From assembly GCF_006345805.1 (NCBI RefSeq), contig NC_043014.1, positions 30,938,001 through 31,002,000 on the forward strand: a DNA stretch of 64,000 nucleotides, written 5' to 3'. A program made the position numbers and the translations under genes. Positions within the stretch are counted from its first letter, which is position 1; the number at the start of each line of letters is the position of its first letter. Below the pieces are notes generated by a model that did no database searches, was not told the origin of the DNA, and saw only the letters and a program-made list of their open reading frames with translations. Shown here piece by piece: positions 52,084 through 64,000 of this stretch. The DNA is from Octopus sinensis. Taxonomy: Eukaryota.

Positions 52084-53098
52084 CCATCTATCCATATATG
52101 TGTCTATTCATCTATGTATTTCTACACCTGTCTACCCATATTTTCTATTCATCTGCATACTGTATATCCGTTATGTATATCCATATAACTGTCTGACAGT
52201 CTGTTGCTGTACCTTATTTGTGCGCTATATCTGTTTTATCTGTCATAATGACCCACACCCCCAGTACAAAAATCATTGTAAAGGTCAGGGAGGGATCTTG
52301 TGCCCTTGTCTACAATAACAGTGGTGATGACAATGACACTGTCTGCTGCTGCTGTTTGTCTGTTCTAGGTGGCGCCAGTGAATGCCTGGCATTGGTGCTG
52401 TCGTTGCAGACAGCTTGATCGTCTGCACTTACTATGATTTTTGTTTTTGTTTTTTTACGGCAATAATTATAAGAGTAATGGTAAAGATAATGAAAATAAT
52501 GATTGTAATAATAACGATAACAATAATTATGAAGATGATTTCTTTAATAATAATTGTATTAATGATATTATGGAATGATAATATACACCAATATCTTTGT
52601 CAATTTCATCTCTTTTTCTGTTATAACTACTTCTCTCTCTCTCTCTCCACACATACACACACACACACACATGCACATACACACTCTCTCTCTCACCGAA
52701 TATGTACACATACACACACTAAATATAATGCGCAATTGTGCATTTACATACATTATAGAAATTGGATAGAATGCTTGAGTTTGAGGGAAGAACAGTAACA
52801 CCAGACAGAAGGATGGTCTACGTAAAACTCGGAAAATTGCAATAACAGAAGTATAAAAAAAAAAACCCCAAAAAAACAAAAATTACCAGTCGGCGAGCAA
52901 GGAATGGTAAAAAAAAGAAAGATGACAGAAATGTCAAAAGGGGAATGACAAAATAATATTAATGATACCTATATAGAAAGAAAAAATTAAATTGACAGGA
53001 ATAACTGAATGAATGAATGAAGAAATCACAAAGGAAAGAAGAAAAAGTATAAACAGCATGAGAGGTCACACACATACATAGACACACATTTATGCGTA

Positions 53099-53129
<31 letters not shown>

Positions 53130-53197
53130 ATTTTCTCTCTATTACATTTCATCTTCTCTCTATAGTGATTTTGTTATTTTGCTCATTTACTTAAGTT

Positions 53198-53234
<37 letters not shown>

Positions 53235-53445
53235 GTTTGTATGCACATACACATGTATGCAAGCTTGTATTTATGTATGTGAGTGTTGCACATTCACATA
53301 TACGTAGTCACAAATAGTGAATTATACATATGTACATACGTATACTTGCAGTTTCCTCAAGAAACCTTGCAGAGGAAATATTTTTCGAGTCAGCAGACAA
53401 TATGTACTTAGCAAAATGGAATTAATTATATATATCATAAAATCA

Positions 53446-53632
53446 TTACTGCTTCTTCTGCTGTCGTTGCTGCTGCTTCTGTTGAAATGACCATGCACTT
53501 AATGATGATGTTGATACTGGTGTTGGTGGTGCTCCTCTTGATGATGTTTTCTGCAGTGTTACAGACGACAATGATGATGATAATGATATTGATGATGATG
53601 ATTGCATTGCTGATACCTGGCGGCTTACTATG
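53446..53632 (-). CDS. Candidate Ser/Gln-rich terminal exon (IVSRQVSAMQSSSS..SWSFQQKQQQRQQKKQ*-like)
   Basis: Strong acceptor TTTTGTTTTTCTGTCCTACCTTTCGTCTGTTAG and an open frame to TAA TGA. The sequence is trinucleotide-like and the plus strand is also open, with a donor AAG|GTAGGA. Confidence 0.25.
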
Positions 53633-54779
53633 CTAACAGACGAAAGGTAGGACAGAAAAACAAAATTAAACACTCCAATGCTGTCAACATCTCTGCAACT
53701 ATTATCACTTGTCATCATCATAATCATTGTTGTCATCAGTATTACTACTATCATCATCGTTATCATTAGCTGCAGCTGTATTGCACTTATACAACATTAT
53801 CAGCATCATTATTAATATCACCATCATCTTTGTTTCCATCATGCACCACCACCACCACCACCACCACCACCACTACTGTCACTACTCATCATCATCTTCA
53901 TCGTCATCATTGTTCCTTTTATTATCAACTTCACTAATAAGTGGACAAAGGATCTTCCTTGTGGTTGATCAACTTGCAAAAAATAGCTGTTCCCATCTCC
54001 CTCAGATCACACCCCACCATCTTAAAGGAAAAGGACCTGTTGAATAATGCAGTCTTAGGTATATTAAGCCTGGAAAAAAAAGGCATCCCCTAGATAGGAC
54101 CATCATGGCTGGACTGTGCTTGATTAAGGCTGTTACAGGGCTAAACTACAACTTTTCTAATACGATCACATGTCAACATTTCCACCAGCATTTCCACCGT
54201 CATTGTTATTGTCATCACTATAGTTTACACCGTTATTATCAACTTTGACATTATCATCATGTTAACATTTCCGTCATCATCATCACTGTTACTGTCAACA
54301 TTTCCACTGCAATTGTCATCATTATCACAATCATCATCCTTATTATCAACCTCGCCATTATTACCATCACATGTCAGCATTTCCGTCATTATCACTATTA
54401 CCGTCAACTTTGCCAACATTGTTATCACCATCATTATTACCATCAACACTGCCATTAACATCGCATGTTAACTCCATCATCATCCTCATCATCATTAAAA
54501 TCAGAATCATTAGCAGTAGCACAATTGCCGTTGCCATCATCATAATAATAATAATCTTCAGTAATATCATTCAGTAAGGATTGCTACCATCATACTATAA
54601 CTAATTACATAATACTTTATTCAAATGTAAAGTGTACTGTGTAATTTCATACACACATATATATGCTAGCTTGCTTAAGATTGACCATCATATTCGATAA
54701 CAATCTCTTCTATCAACTGCGAATTCTGTAATGGCTATACTTTTTAAAGAGTAGCAGTAACAGGTGATATAAGTGTATG

Positions 54780-55060
54780 GGCAACCGGAGGATTGTGACT
54801 GTTACTATCGCCTGTGCCAAACCTACCATATGCCCTCATGAGCAACGAAGCTACAGAAGTGGTAGTGTCTCGTCATTGTGTGATACACTGACTGCCACAA
54901 AAGTCACCACCACTGAGATCCAAGTTCCAGTGATACACATTGCAGGAGATGTTACCAATCCACTGAAGTGTTGTAATGTTCTATGAGTTTTTCACTGGTA
55001 TGGATTTCTCAGTATCACGGTCTTCCCTGTGAAAGGGATAGAGATCCTTAGGTGGTCAAA
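54780..55060 (+). pseudogene. Possible hAT (Buster/Charlie-like) transposase remnant
   Basis: Plus frame EATEVVVSRHCVIH*..FYEFFTGMD resembles the hAT HCxIH (CxxH) region; several stops. Confidence 0.35.
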
Positions 55061-55994
55061 ATAAGGCTGATACCCCTCCTCCCGCTGCGCCAAACTGCCA
55101 GAAGCTTCCTGGAATCCAGTTAGTTAGAAACAGCTTTGAAGCTGACTTCCATGCCTTGTTTTTTTTTCTCTTTTTCTCAAGATGCACTCTTGTAAACTTT
55201 GTCGTCTTGGGTTCACCCACAAGGCATCGAGACAGTGCTTATAGGTCAGTTTCATCATAGCTAAGGTGCTCTATCTACTCTTCTCCTAAATAAACCTGGT
55301 AGGTCACTTTGTGACTGGTAACTTGTTACATGGGATCACCAGTGAGTAAACTAGTACTCACCATCTGGTTAACCTATTGAAGATAGTTATTGAAACTCCA
55401 TCAGGACCAAAAAAATATGACCTGTCCGAAGATAGATGAACCCAGTATATAAGGTCAATAAGAATCTTGCAATAGTATACGAGGACATAGGAATATTAGA
55501 GATGATAAATGAGTGTGCAGTATGATCCTATAAGAAGTGACATACTTCCAATCCTTATCAGAACACGCATAAATGCATTCACCATTCTTATTTTTAGATC
55601 TGCTTCAGTGTAGACTGGGCAAAATTAATTGAGGTAGTATTTTATGGTTGCATGCTTTACCTATTGCCAGTTCTTTCTTGATTTTTCAAGTAAAGTATTC
55701 TTATTCGACTATGAAACCAAATTCACTGAACTACAGGGTGTATTGTTTACTGGAGATGAAATTAACTCACCTCTGCTCAAATGATGTTGGTGTAAAAATA
55801 CATTGACACAAGCACGTGTGTGCACGCACACACACACTTCTGCCAGATAGGCTTCTGTAAAAGTCCAGACTAATGAGTTATATCAATTAAAAAACGTAAA
55901 TCGAATTTATATTAATATAAAGAATCTTGGGTAAAGGCTCTGTGATCAACATTTGTTCCATAAATAGTTGTATGCATTTGTAATAATAAATTCT

Positions 55995-56392
55995 GGTATG
56001 GCTGTGTAATAAGAAGTTTGCTTCCTAACCACATGGTTCCAAGTTCAGTCCCACTGCATGGCACCTATGGCAAGTGTCTTTTGCTATAACCCCAGGTTGA
56101 CCAAAACCTTGTGAATGGATTTGGTAGATAGAAATTGAAAGAAACCAGTTGCTTATATCTGTGTATGTATGTATGTGTGTGTGTCTTTGTGTCTGTGTTT
56201 GACCACCACCACTTGACAACCAGTGTTGGTGTGTTTATGTCCCAGTAACTTAGTGGTCCAGCAAAAGGTATTGATAGAAAAGTACCAGGCTTTAACAATA
56301 AAATAAAAACTGCAATTAATTTCATTCGACTAAAATTCCTCAAGGTGGTGCTCCAGCATGACCATAGTCGAATGACTGAAAGAAGTTAAAGA
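55995..56392 (+). mobile_element. SINE family A, full length
   Basis: Head GGCTGTGTAATAAGAAGTTTGC..GTTCAGTCCCACTGC through tail GCTCCAGCATGACCATAGTCGAATGACTGAAA. Confidence 0.9.
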
Positions 56393-56864
56393 TATTACAT
56401 ACCAGGATGAGAGGATAAGAACGGAAAGAGCAGAATATTAGAAGAAAACCAATTTTGATTTTTATAGAAAGATTTAAGCTCTTGATTTCTAGTTCAAGGG
56501 CAGTAACTTTCTTTGTGGTATTTGTTTTTTTTTTCACAGCATCTTCCATTCTTGCCCCACATGTAGGCAGATAGAGATGTGTGTTCACATATGCATCTAT
56601 TCATTCTCCAGCATGACATACAAATATATTACACATTTTATGTTCATAAGTGTACAGAAATTGAACATGCATGCATTTGCATACTTATCTAGATACACAC
56701 GTGGCCTTTCATAAAAAAAAACAAAAAGCAAAAATGCCACAAGTAAAGTTATCCCCTTTGACCAATAATTGAGAACTAAAATCCTTTGTCAAAAATCAAA
56801 AGTTTTTCTCAGAATACTTTGTTGTTATATGATTAATGAATTAATATAATATCTTTAAGTTTTT

Positions 56865-57077
56865 ACTTGGTTCAGTCTTGAGATTGTGGCCATCCTGGGG
56901 CACTGCCTTGAAGGGTTTTCATCAAACAAATCTACTACAGTACTTACTTTTAAGCTTAGTACTATTCTATCAGTCTCTTTCTACTGAACTGTCAAGTTAA
57001 AAGAATGTTAATGAACCAACACAGGTTGTCAAGTAGTGCTGGGGGGCAAACACTAAGACACATATATACATGTATGT

Positions 57078-57126
<49 letters not shown>

Positions 57127-57180
57127 ATGGACTTCTTTCAGTTTCCATCTTTGAAATCCACTCACAAGGCTTTGGTTGAC
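56865..57180 (-). mobile_element. SINE family A, 5'-truncated
   Basis: Collinear with 14668-14935; contains an internal (CA)n. Confidence 0.8.
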
Positions 57181-57429
57181 CTTTCATGCTCATGCCTATA
57201 TAAATTATAAGAAAACAAAATCATATAATTATTTCCATGACAAGCATTGTTGATGGAACCTTTTCTGATATTCTGTCTATAGATATAGAATTAGTTGATT
57301 TCATCATATTTCCTATATTCTTATGACAGTGATTGACTGTCTTCAGGATTGATATACTTTGATGGACTTCATCATATAAGCTCATCATCACAGGACTTCC
57401 ATCCATCCTTACCCACAATTCCTTGAAGG

Positions 57430-57955
57430 GTCATGGGATTAGAGTCCTCAGGCACCTCCTCCATCTCCTCCACAGGTTGCTATCAAAAGCAACTGTCATT
57501 AGGCTTTTTGGTTGGATTCCCAAACAGGACCAACAGAGACTAAGAATATTATCCAGCCATTGTTTTTGGTCTACCCTTAAGTCTCTTGCCAGTTGGCATG
57601 GCTTGAAGAATCTATGTTGCAATCCATTCTTGCGACATCCTAATCATACATCCATAATACTAGAGCTATGATCTCTTAATTCAGAGAATTAGCTGTTTGA
57701 CTTGGAGAGACCCCCTAGTCTCTGAGCTACAGACCCTGTCAAGTAAGATTACCCCAGAAACATTTCAGAGAAATCCCATTTCGGCCACTTGTATTTGTGA
57801 TAGTACTCTTTTGGTCATTACCCAACATTCATGACCCTAGGTGAGGAAATGCAACAGATGGTGCATTACTGTCAGTTCCTGCAATTCTAGTTTCTAGTTC
57901 AGCCTTCTGCCCTCCATCACTTGTGAATATGACCCTGAGATACTTAAACTTGCCA
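57430..57955 (-). mobile_element. Decayed RTE LINE of Expander/Rex3-like type
   Basis: Minus translation KFKYLRVIFTSDG..T*GHECWVMTKRVLSQIQVAEMGFL*NVSG..LDRVCSS..PTGKRLKGRPKT parallels the Expander/Rex3 TYGHELWVMT..IQAAEMSFLRRVAG..PTGRRPRGRP as I recall it. Confidence 0.8.
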
Positions 57956-60900
57956 CAAAACATGGTTCATCAACTATTTCTTATATTTTACAAGTGTGTA
58001 TGTCCTTTAACAAAGCAAAAGCAACTTATACATCTATAGTGTCATCCCTTCTCACTTAGCATGTTCACACAAACATACAAAACACAAGATGATAACTTTC
58101 TCTTTCAACAACCAATAAAAGTCTAGTATCAATTTCAAAGATAATTTTGAGTTTTCTTTAATAGGGCATGTTGTAAGGTGGTTTCTTTATCCTTTGGAAA
58201 ACTATGTAGACTAGCTGTCGTCACTCTAATCTCTTTTACCATCTGAAAATCAGTGGCATAAAACTCAGAGTAATGATTAATAGTATTTTCAACTTCTCAG
58301 AGATATGATGAAACTCTACACTCATATTGAGTACATCCTTTTCTCTGCTCCAGCACATTTCTCTATACTACGTCAAAAGCACACACACACAAACACACAC
58401 ACACACACACACACATCTTTTACTTGTTTCAGTCATTAAACTGCTGGTTGTGAAGCAGTGGTGGGAGACAAAGAAACACATATATTTGCATGAATGACTT
58501 CTTTCAGTTTCCACCTACCAAATCAATTCACAAGGCTTTGGTTGGCACAAGTCTACAGTAGAAGACTCTTGTCCAAGGTGCCAAGCAGTGGGACTGAACC
58601 TGGAACCACGTGGTTGAGAAGCAAGCTTCTTACCACACAGCCATGCCTTCACACACTCACACACACACACACATTTTATCTTTTCCTTGTTTCAGTCATT
58701 GGACTGTGGTCATGCTGAAACCCAAGTTAACCTCAGTGTTCAGTTTTTTTAATTTTGTACTTATTTCGTCCAACCCATGCTAGCATGGAAAACGGACGCT
58801 AAATGATGATGATGATGATGATTTACCAAACCCTTTCAATGAACCACTAGGTTATGCAGATAGATATAAGCAAATCAACACTGGTTGTCAAGCAGTGTGA
58901 GTGGGGTACATGACAAACAAACTCAGACCCACACACTCATACACGCATGCATACATAGTGGACTTCGCACAGTTTCTGTCTACTAAATTCACTTAAAAGG
59001 CATTGATCAGCCTGGGGCAGTAGTAGAAGACACTTCTCCAATGTGGAACTGAACCCAAAATCATGTTGTTGTAAAGCAAGCTTCTTAACCTCACAGCCAT
59101 GCCCCTGTGTTAGCATAAGTGTGTGTATGTGCATGCATTTGTGCATACACACACATATATATGGATAAACTGATGTTAAAATTGTGGATCCTGGAGGTAT
59201 GTATGTACACATAACTGGTTGCTCAATTAATATGTGACTATCGAATCCACACCACTTGTTCCCTTTTCTGCACCATTAATCCTTCCATCAGTTTCCTATC
59301 TCATGTGTTGTTTTGTTACTGTAATTAATGAAGGCAGAACTCATTACATATTCTGTTGCCTTTTCTGTACTGTGAAATCCTTTTCTCCTAAGCTCCTCCC
59401 TGTTATGTCCATCCTTCATTCTTACCAATGACTAGCAACCCTTACTCTCATCATTCACTCCCTATTTACCCCTGGTCACCTCCACCCTTATCTGCATCTG
59501 TCACTCATTCTTTCACACACACACTCTCCCACTCATGCTTGTAACTTTTACCTACAATTCCATATCTTTCTCTTATCACATTTAAAAAAAAAAGTTTTTG
59601 TTCCTTTGATATTCACATTGGGCTTCTCAGAAATAAGATTGGATAGGTGTGAACTTGTCTTAATCCTCTCCACTGTTCTTATCTTGTTCTTTCCTTTCTA
59701 TTTCTCCCTTTCCCAATACTCTCTCTATTAGTCTCTTTTCTAATTCACTCTCATAACAACAAATTTGGTTCTTTCATCACACTTCTAACATCCCAACATC
59801 AACCAAAGATTACAACTATTATGGGAATTCTGTGGTCTTGCAAGTTCTAATGTTTACTTCACTGGTATGATGTCATGAAAATTGCACCTAGTACACTCTG
59901 TTAAGTGGTGAGCATTAGGAAAAGCATCAAGCTGTAGAAACCATGCCAGAGCTGAGACTTAGGGTGTGACATGATACACCAATTCATTAGATCCTGTCTA
60001 ACAGTCTATCCCATGCCAGCATGGAAAGTAGACATTAAAATGGTAGTGGTGGTGGAAAATGGTAGTTGCAAGAAACACACACACAGACACAATCCAGAAA
60101 ACTTAATATATATTCATAATATACAATTGTGTATACACACACACACACACATACACACACATGTATACATGCATGCTATATGTAGGATAGCCATGTTTAT
60201 TCATGTAAAAATATGTATATATATATAAATGTACTTGTATAAATGTGTAAGTATAATATATTTATAGATCTGTAGATATATGCTCTTTTGAATGTATAGA
60301 ATAACAAAGCCCCTACTTGAAAAACAGGTAGGATTAGCAACAAGAAGGGCAACTGGCTGCAAGCCAATGCCTCAATAATATTCATCTAACCCATGCTTGC
60401 ATGGAAAAATGGAAGTAAAAATGAAGTAACAATAGAACAAATATGCACATATATTTTTCCATGTAACCAGCAAATTATTTGCTGACAAGGGAAGTGCTTA
60501 CAGCACAGCATATTTTCTTGTAAAGTGTGTGCATGTACACATGCACACATATGTTTGCACATACCCCTCCACTCTCCTCCTCTGCCCCCACACAGACACC
60601 ATCATTATCATTGTTTTAATGTGCACTTTTCCATGCTTGTATGGGTCAAATGGAATTCATTGAGGCAGATTTTACTATGGCTAGCTGTCCTTCCTGTCAC
60701 CAACCCTCATCTGTTTCTGAATAAGGTAATGTCTCTCCCTGTTCTTTGAACACAAATGCCATGATGACTGGAAACATGTCTTTAGAAAACTGCAAACAGA
60801 CAATACCTCTTCTATGAAGGTGGCATTTATTTACACTTAGTGTGCATGTCAAGATAAGGAACTATAAACATATACAGAGATGAATGTGTACATGTATGCA

Positions 60901-61266
60901 CCCCAGGATTCTTTAAGTTTCCAACTATCAAATTCACTCACAAGACATTGGTGGGCTCAAGAATACATTTAGGAGAGGTGGTGATGGTTATCATCACCAT
61001 TTATTTTCCACTTTAGCATAAAGATTCTTGCCCAGAGTGTTTTGATAGACATATATGTCTATGTACATACATACATACCTACATGCATACACAAAGCCTG
61101 GATGTACTATGGCTAAAATTCACTTCCCAACCACTGTGTGGCACTTTCACAATAACTGCAGACCAACCAAAACCTTATAAGAGAATTTGGTTAACAGGAA
61201 ATAAAAAAGAAAATCCTTGTGTATGTGAATGTGTACCCTTGTCTTGATATCATGTGGTCATTTTAA

Positions 61267-61486
61267 CCCTTTAGCATTCAGATTACTCTGTCAAGTGTAA
61301 AGCTTATTTATTCACATTGTTTTGAATAAATCATGCATTATCTTGTAGCTTCAAGATTTTGATGATGTGAATGTTTATCTTTAAAATGACATTGCAAGGT
61401 AGGTGTGAGATGTTGAATCTGATCAGTTTGAACATAAAACATGTAGAATATTTGGGCTGGATATGGCCAGCATAAATACTAAAGGA
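61267..61486. mobile_element. piggyBac-type MITE family 1
   Basis: TTAA|CCCTTTAGCATTCAG ... ATACTAAAGGA. Confidence 0.85.
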
Positions 61487-62184
61487 TTGTACAAATTATG
61501 TTGCCCATTTCCAGTCTCCTGTGAAAGCATGTCTGGCCATGGGAGAAATATTCCCCGGATTTGGAAACAAGTATGGGTTGGTGACAGGAAGTTCATCTGG
61601 CTATAGCAAATCTACCTTATTGAATTCTGTCTTAACCAAGGAAGCATGGAGAAGTTAACATTTTAGGAGAAGTAGTGGTGGTGGTGGTGGTCGTCGTCAT
61701 CGTCGTCATTTAGTTTCCAGTTTTGCATACTTGATGAGTTAGATGGAAGTTATTTGAGGCTGATTTTCTACATCTGAATGATAATTATAATGATAAAATA
61801 TAGCACTTCTAGGTACAGCACACAAATTACACAGAGCACTTTGAATATGATAAAACCAAAAAAGCATAGCTCTGCACATACCCAAGACATGTAGAGCTGT
61901 GCTGTGAAAACACTCAATAAAAATTAAGATAATCATAGTGATAGTTCCTTATTTTGAACTGATGTTACACATTTTTTATTTTATGAAAGGGGAGGTAGAT
62001 GTATAGAAGATATAATTTGCATCCGTACTTGATTGGTCAGTACCATAGATAGATGAAAAGTAATCTTAGCAGCATTTGAATTCATAACATAAAGGAATAT
62101 AACTAAATGCCATGAGACATTTCAACTAGCTCTCTACATATTTTGTCAGTCAGTTATAAAAACCACCACAACAACAATTGTTTC

Positions 62185-62610
62185 TAATTTAGGCACAAGA
62201 CCAGCAATTTTGAGGGGAGAGTGTTAGTGAATAACATAGACTCCAACACTTGTCTGGTACTTTACTTTTGCAACCCTGGCGGGATGAAAAGCAAAATTGA
62301 CTTTGGTGGGGTTTGAACACAGAATGTTGAGAGCTAGAAGAAATACCGCAAGTCTAATGATTCTGCTAACCCACTGGTCTAGCAACAGCAGTAATAATCA
62401 TCCTTTCTACTATAGGCACAATGCCTGAAACTTTGTGGGGAGTGAGGATAATTGATTTCATTGATCCTGGTGCTCAATTGATATTTATTTCAGCAACCCT
62501 GAAAGGATGAAAGGAAAGTCAACCTCGGTGGCATCTGAACTCAAACATAAAGAGCTGAAAGAAATTCCACTAAACGTTTTGCTTGGTTTGCTAATGATTC
62601 TACCACCTTG
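62185..62610 (-). mobile_element. Two tandem SINE family B copies
   Basis: Each contains the reverse complement of GACTTTSCYTTTCATCC and the tail motif AGGCACAA. Confidence 0.75.
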
Positions 62611-63379
62611 TTGCCCTAATCATAATAACAATAATAATAATAAAATCCATGTTAAAAAAAATTTGAAATAAAAATCGAAGTAAATATATATAATTTTATT
62701 CTAATACTAAATAATAAGAAAACATTTTATCCAGTTAGAATGAAAATAAATAAATAAACCCTGGATAAACTAAACATAGTTAATGAAAAGAAAACCTGTT
62801 AAATTGCTTTGAGAAAAATATATATATAATAAAAAAAAAAGCAGCCATTAAACAAACATTTAAGGAAACCAAATTGTTGGTTGTTTAGATTTCGTTAGAA
62901 TTCAGTCAGAATTTTAATAATGTCTAAGTTGATTTCACCGGAAATTATTTGATTACTATCAAATAATTTCCATGCAACCTGTCATGCTCTCTCCTGCCCT
63001 GCTCTTCCTTCCTTTTGTCTCCTCTTTTCTCTCTTCCTTCTCTTCTTCTCAATAAACTAATAAAGCAAACTGAAATAGGTTAATTCTCTAAGATATATCA
63101 AACCAAACAGTAAAAGTAAACAGGTCATCAGTTGCAAGAGATTGAAAGACTGAAACAAGTGTTTAGTTCTCAATTCCATAGGATTAAGCAATCAGCAGTT
63201 AAGAAAGAGCCACAAATGAGACCAATTTATTGAGTATTGTCTTGACCAGTAGGAAAGGACTTGCTGGATATAATCTTTAAATCTTAATACTGTCTTTTAA
63301 TATAAAAGAAAGAAAAAAAAACAGAACCACACATACAAGAAGAATAAATTAGAGAATGTAGTTACATTATTTTCTGAAA

Positions 63380-63615
63380 TTTTGTGCTGGTGACACATAA
63401 AAGGCATCTGTGCGAGAAACACATAAAAGCACCTGTGCTGGTGACTTGTAAAAGGCACCCACTGCACTTTGTGGAGTGGTTGGTGTTAAGAAGGGCATCC
63501 AACTGTAGAAACCAAACCAAAACAAACTGGAGCTTGGTGCAGTTCTCCAGCTTACCAGTTCTAGTCAAACTGTCTAACGCATGCCAACATAGAAGCTGGA
63601 CACTAAATGATGATG
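63380..63615 (+). mobile_element. RTE-tailed short retroelement 3' part (family C)
   Basis: TGGTTGGTGTTAAGAAGGGCATCC..CATGCCAACATAGAAGCTGGACACTAAATGATGATGAT. Confidence 0.8.
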
Positions 63616-63809
63616 ATAGCTAGAATACAATTTAATCATATAAGTCTGCTTAATCAAAGCTGAAGTGGGAATAAACAACAACAGCACCAACAACAACCAC
63701 CATCCTGTATATTCATGGTTCTTAATCAGCTGCTATTACTGCTGGCTTGTGCCCATGGTCAAAATACTTAAACCATGATGGTTGTGTTGTAAATATACAG
63801 GTACCACAT

Positions 63810-64000
63810 AATCTTTTCTACTCTAGGCACAAGGCCTGAAATTTTTGGGAGGGGACCAGTCGATTAGATCGACACCAGTATGCAACTGGTACTTAATATA
63901 TTGACCCCGAAAGGATGAATGGGAGAGTCAACCTTGGCAGAATTTGAGCTCAGAACATTATGACTGACGAAATACCGCTAAGCATTTTGCCCGGCGTGCT
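63810..64000 (-). mobile_element. SINE family B, relatively young, cut by the window edge
   Basis: GACCCCGAAAGGATGAA..GAAATACCGCTAAGCATTTTGCCCGGCGTGCT with CpGs retained. Confidence 0.85.

Noticed and set aside
1-52100. Long ORFs rich in YI, CV, HT, LS or homopolymer runs (e.g. 5-541, 5791-6480, 15970-16502, 39796-40310, 50748-51170)
   Set aside because: They are translations of (TA)n, (TG)n, (TCTA)n and trinucleotide microsatellites, which lack stops by construction.
55995-56070. tRNA gene calls for SINE heads (here and in other family A, B and D copies)
   Set aside because: Only A/B-box-like motifs survive, the cloverleaf does not close, and each runs into SINE body sequence.
58100-58215. 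Minus-strand peptide containing SLHSFPKD, resembling the THAP-domain HxFPxD motif
   Set aside because: The flanking Cys/Trp/His zinc ligands of THAP are absent; a short match only.
1-64000. CRISPR arrays, rRNA genes, prokaryotic operons or viral genes
   Set aside because: No repeat-spacer arrays, rRNA-like sequence or gene-dense segments were seen; the window is eukaryotic repeat-rich DNA.

Overview
This is very AT-rich, CpG-depleted eukaryotic DNA whose repeat content points to an octopod cephalopod (Octopus-type) genome; the taxon is inferred, not proven. The window looks intronic or intergenic. It is dominated by compound microsatellites, dozens of tRNA-derived SINE copies from at least three families, and at least 10 copies of TTAA-flanked piggyBac-type MITEs. 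It also holds hAT- and Tc1-type MITEs, decayed RTE LINEs of three distinguishable types, and remnants of pogo/Tigger, piggyBac and probably hAT transposases. Almost all supplied ORFs are microsatellite translation artefacts. I cannot name any host gene. A few isolated segments have good splice signals and open frames, mostly on the minus strand, and are listed at low confidence. The best lead is a 425-bp CACTG-ended, TSD-flanked non-autonomous element at 42196-42620 that splits an RTE LINE and carries a central array of heat-shock elements. Other notable items: a ~99%-identical 330-bp duplication 2.5 kb apart with a permuted flank, a MITE nested inside the terminal repeat of a piggyBac transposase remnant, and a candidate mucin-like exon whose acceptor lies in a perfect 42-bp palindrome.
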